This document shows, piece by piece, positions 60,419-64,000 of a stretch of 64,000 bases of DNA. The notes under the pieces are model-generated. The model saw only the letters and a list, made by a program, of their open reading frames with translations. It did not search any database and was not told where the DNA came from. The stretch is taken from NCBI RefSeq assembly GCF_009914755.1, contig NC_060933.1; one strand, given 5' to 3'. The stretch's first letter is position 1, and every line of letters begins with the position of its first letter. The translations under genes and the position numbers were made by a program. The DNA is from the human T2T-CHM13v2.0 reference genome, Homo sapiens.

Positions 60419-60826
60419 AAAAATACACTACCCAGCTCCTATGGTAATGGGGTCGGAATAATTCATCTTAAACTCTTAGCACAGTGCCTGGTAGATAATA
60501 AATGCTTAGTCAGTGCTAATTAATGTAAGCAATGGGTTCAATGATCAACTGTCATTTATACATCACAGAGTTGTTTGATGAGGATTGGATGAGATAAACT
60601 ACAAGAAACTTATCTCCCCGTTTCAAAAAGTAGCCAGCGTGTTTCCCATTCTTTTGTTTAAGAGAGAATTCCTGAGTGCCTCTGTGTGACAGGCACTATC
60701 TTGCAAGGCCTCACACATGGGGGTGTCAGAGTGCATCAGGAGGAGATCACCCTCTTCTCCTCCCCTGCTTTGCCCTCTCCCTCTTCCCCTAGGCCTGAGG
60801 GCTCTGCAGTCCCTGGTGGTACTCAC

Positions 60827-60978
60827 AATCCATCCACCCCCATCAGAGGTCATGTCACAGAAGACTTCCAGCGCCTCAGCCTTATCACCATTCAGATAAA
60901 TGGTGTAGAGGCCAGAGGTCGTGTCTCCATTCAGCATTGCTTGGGAGCAGTCCTTGGGGAAGGGGTACAGGAGTCCAA
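60827..60978 (-). CDS. TNC: Tenascin C coding exon, start of FBG domain ([I][50 protein letters not shown])
   Basis: Overlaps ORF 60623..60937. Fibrinogen-C signature VFCDM..GGGW. Acceptor ccacag, donor ATT|gtgagt. 152 nt, phase 1 to 0. Confidence 0.98.
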
Positions 60979-62096
60979 CTGTGGAATAAGGAGAAATGGT
61001 GATGCTCTCAGTGCAGGAGGACTGAGCTGGAGCTTAATTCTTAGCTTAACTCTATGGACTAGAATGCCTGGGGAATTTCCAGGTGCAATAATGTGATGCA
61101 AACAATTAAAAACTCATAGAAATGGGCAATCTTGGAACTATGCCTAGTAGATGGGTCTTAGAGCTGATGATCATAGCAGTTCTTTTTTCTGATCTGAGGA
61201 CATTCATCTGAGGTTGTATCATGAGCTGTTTTCTTATTTATTTCACAGCCCTAGTATAAGAGCATCTTTAGGATACATTCATAGTTAGCATCTGGCATAA
61301 GATCTGGCAAAGGGGAAGCACTTTCTTCAGCAGATGTGTGCAGAATGACTGTCCCGTGAATTTTCAAAGGCAGGGCTCTCCAAAGGCCAGCTCCTCTGGT
61401 CCTCAGGAATGGATGCCACTCTTACTTATCAATGGAACAACTTGCAGGTTTGCTATCTGCAGAAGATACTTTGTGACAGGTGCAGGGGGAGGCTCCCTGG
61501 GCATGGAATATCTGAGCCCAACTCTGACTGTAACTCACAAGATAGTCTTGAACAGGTCATTTAGTCTCTGAAAGTGTCTGCTTCCCCACTAGAACTTTGG
61601 GCATAGGGCTCACCATACCAGCTTGGTGGGAAGATCATTTGTGATTTTGAATGTGGACAGGTTTTGTAAACACTGGCATGATGAAGGAGAAAGAAAGAGA
61701 CTTTCAGCTCATGTTGAACTCTGACAATAAAAGGACCACACAATTATATGGGCCACATACTGGGCTAGGAGTTCAAATGCAATACCTCATGAACACTTGC
61801 AAGGTCCTGGTGACAGAGGATTTATTATTAATCTCCCTGTATAGACGAAGAAGCTAAAGATTATAGGATGGAAGTAGCATTCTTAAGGCACACCTAGCAG
61901 GTGATAGAAATGGGGACTGAATCCAGATGGGCTTCCTCCTTTCCTTTCACCGGGATGCTCATAATCTCCCACATTTGCTTTCCTCAGGCTTCCAAGTAGT
62001 AGCAGTGAATCGATTCTTTTCAGAGGTTTGTTTGAAAATTTTAAAGTAGAAGTCAAAGGGGAAGTCAAGGGTTGATTCAGTCAAAGTTAGATCTCA

Positions 62097-62258
<162 letters not shown>

Positions 62259-62607
62259 CTAAGAGCAGAAGAAAAAGTATAATGGCTTTTGGTCACAGAA
62301 ATTCTCAGGGTATAGATAAGAAGTCATTCTATTTATAAGTTCATTTACCCATCCATTCACTTACTTACTGGACAAGAATTCATTGAGTACCCACTCTCTA
62401 CCAGGCTCCATGTGCACTGCTGAGATATCAGAGATGGGGAGAGTACAGCACAAGCAAAGGTCCTTGGGCCAGAAGGTGCAGAGCAAGTTAAAATAATATA
62501 AGGAGGGAGAGACCGCATCTGGTAAGGATGAGAGCACTGCTGTAGACTCCAGGGCTAAGGCTACCACCTGCCCAAGGCCCTGCCAAACTATATTGGGAGA
62601 ATGGGAT

Positions 62608-62750
62608 TGTAATGGTTAATTTTATGTGTTAAATTGGCTGAGCCATGGGGCCCAGATATTTGGTCAAATATTATTCTATGTTTCTGTGAAGGGGGTTTTT
62701 TTTTGGATGAGATTAATATTTAAATCAGTAAACTTTGAATAAAGCAGATT
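62608..62750 (+). mobile_element. MLT2 LTR 5' fragment
   Basis: tgtaatggttaattttatgtgt...cccagatatttggtcaaa. Matches the reverse complement of the right end of the 32465-32947 LTR. Confidence 0.75.
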
Positions 62751-64000
62751 TAAAACATAAAATGAAATAATATAAGGAGGCAATAAGCGACCTCAACCAT
62801 ACTTAGCTTCAGGTGTTAGAACAGTGGAAAATGTTACTAGATTATGAAGGGCCTTTAAATGACAAGCTTTGAAACTTAAAGTTTATCATTAAACGGAGTG
62901 AGGAGCCCTGTAAGGTATAAATGCTAAGCTTTGGAACTTGAAGTTTATCATCACAAGAAATGGGGAGCCTTGAAAGATGTTTGGACATGCCAATGACATA
63001 AACCAAGCTGTGCTTTAAGAAGCTTAATCTGGTAGCAAGATGAATCACACAGGGTAAGGGACTTTGAGGTCAGTTAGGTCAGTGGTCCCTAAATATAGCT
63101 CTTTATCACTCTCAGAAGCTTTAAAACAATATGATGCCTGGGCCTCATCTCAGACTGATGGAATCATCAGAGCCAGAAGTTGGGCCTGGCTATATTTAAG
63201 AAACTTCCCAAGTGATTTGAATGTGCAGTCAGTTTGGGGATCTCTTGAGTTAGGAGATGATTATAATAGCCCCATAGGCATGGTAGGATTAAAACTTAAG
63301 CTGACCTCACATGTCTCTCTTCTAGAACAGAGATATCCATGACAGACAGATGTTGACCAACTCTAACTACACTTGTAGTCTGTGGCTGGTCTCTGTGCTG
63401 CTGTACAGAGGAGGTCATTGGTTTCAGTTTGCAGGAAATCCTCTTTCCACACCCTCTTGCTAGCTTCCAATTCTTTTCAGCAAATGACCTTAGTGTCTGG
63501 GATTGGAATTCAACCTACACTCCTAGTAAACCAAGCACAACGATCTTCTCTACAACCTGCAAACAGCCAGCTTAGTTTGGGCAGTCATGCATCAGTGCAG
63601 AAGCCCCTGGAAGGTTCTCCTGCATCCTGGGAACTGGGAAGGTACCTTATCCTGTTTTCTTCAATGGGAGAATTGAGTTTCAGAGAAGCTAAAAGACTTG
63701 CTCTCATTCCATAAATTGTTGGAGGCAGAGGATGATCTTGCATGCGGGTTTCCCAACACCCTGTCCAGGACTCTTTTCTCCTATACCAGGTTGATTTTTT
63801 TTCTAAGACATGTAAAGCTGGTGAATGGACATGCAGAAAAGTAAACTGGGATGAGTGCTCATTTAATACCCAGAGGCCTTTTTGCAGCCCCCCAGTTCTA
63901 GTCCCTGGGGGAAAGATCAACTGTCAGGGATAAAGCTGGGTTCATTGAATTACTTAGGAATACAATTACCTGTCAGTTCTCTAGGCTTCTGTGCAAAGCC

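Noticed and set aside
60623-60826. Intronic extensions of ORFs 60623..60937 and 57012..57317 as novel TNC C-termini
   Set aside because: Canonical donors at 60826 and 57121 join in frame to the next FBG exons. The read-through peptides have no domain character.

Overview
Primate (very probably human) genomic DNA. The right-hand part (about 50.1-62.3 kb) holds the last six coding exons and 3' UTR of tenascin C (TNC) on the minus strand. These encode the second half of the last fibronectin type III repeat and the whole C-terminal fibrinogen-like globe (FBG), ending ...NLEGRRKRA*. All six exons have canonical AG acceptors, the five internal ones have GT donors, and they join in one continuous frame (133+152+97+162+164+111 nt). 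The ORF track catches only two of them. The left ~50 kb is intergenic DNA downstream of TNC, dominated by transposable-element relics: Alu J/S, a twin-primed 5'-inverted L1PA, old L1M pieces, an ERVL-type pol fossil, MaLR/ERVL/ERV1 solo LTRs, a Tigger element, MER DNA transposons, MIR and L2. Almost all other ORF-track entries are Alu/L1 frames or chance ORFs. I could not support a new biological system here. The best leads are modest: tandem poly(A) signals giving a possible TE-built 3' UTR extension, a latent RRKR C-terminal motif, a skippable FBG exon next to a G4-expanded Alu, a tail-less Alu captured in a MIR, and a CpG-retaining ETS/NF-kB enhancer candidate. Repeat subfamily names come from recalled consensus sequences and need RepeatMasker/Dfam confirmation.
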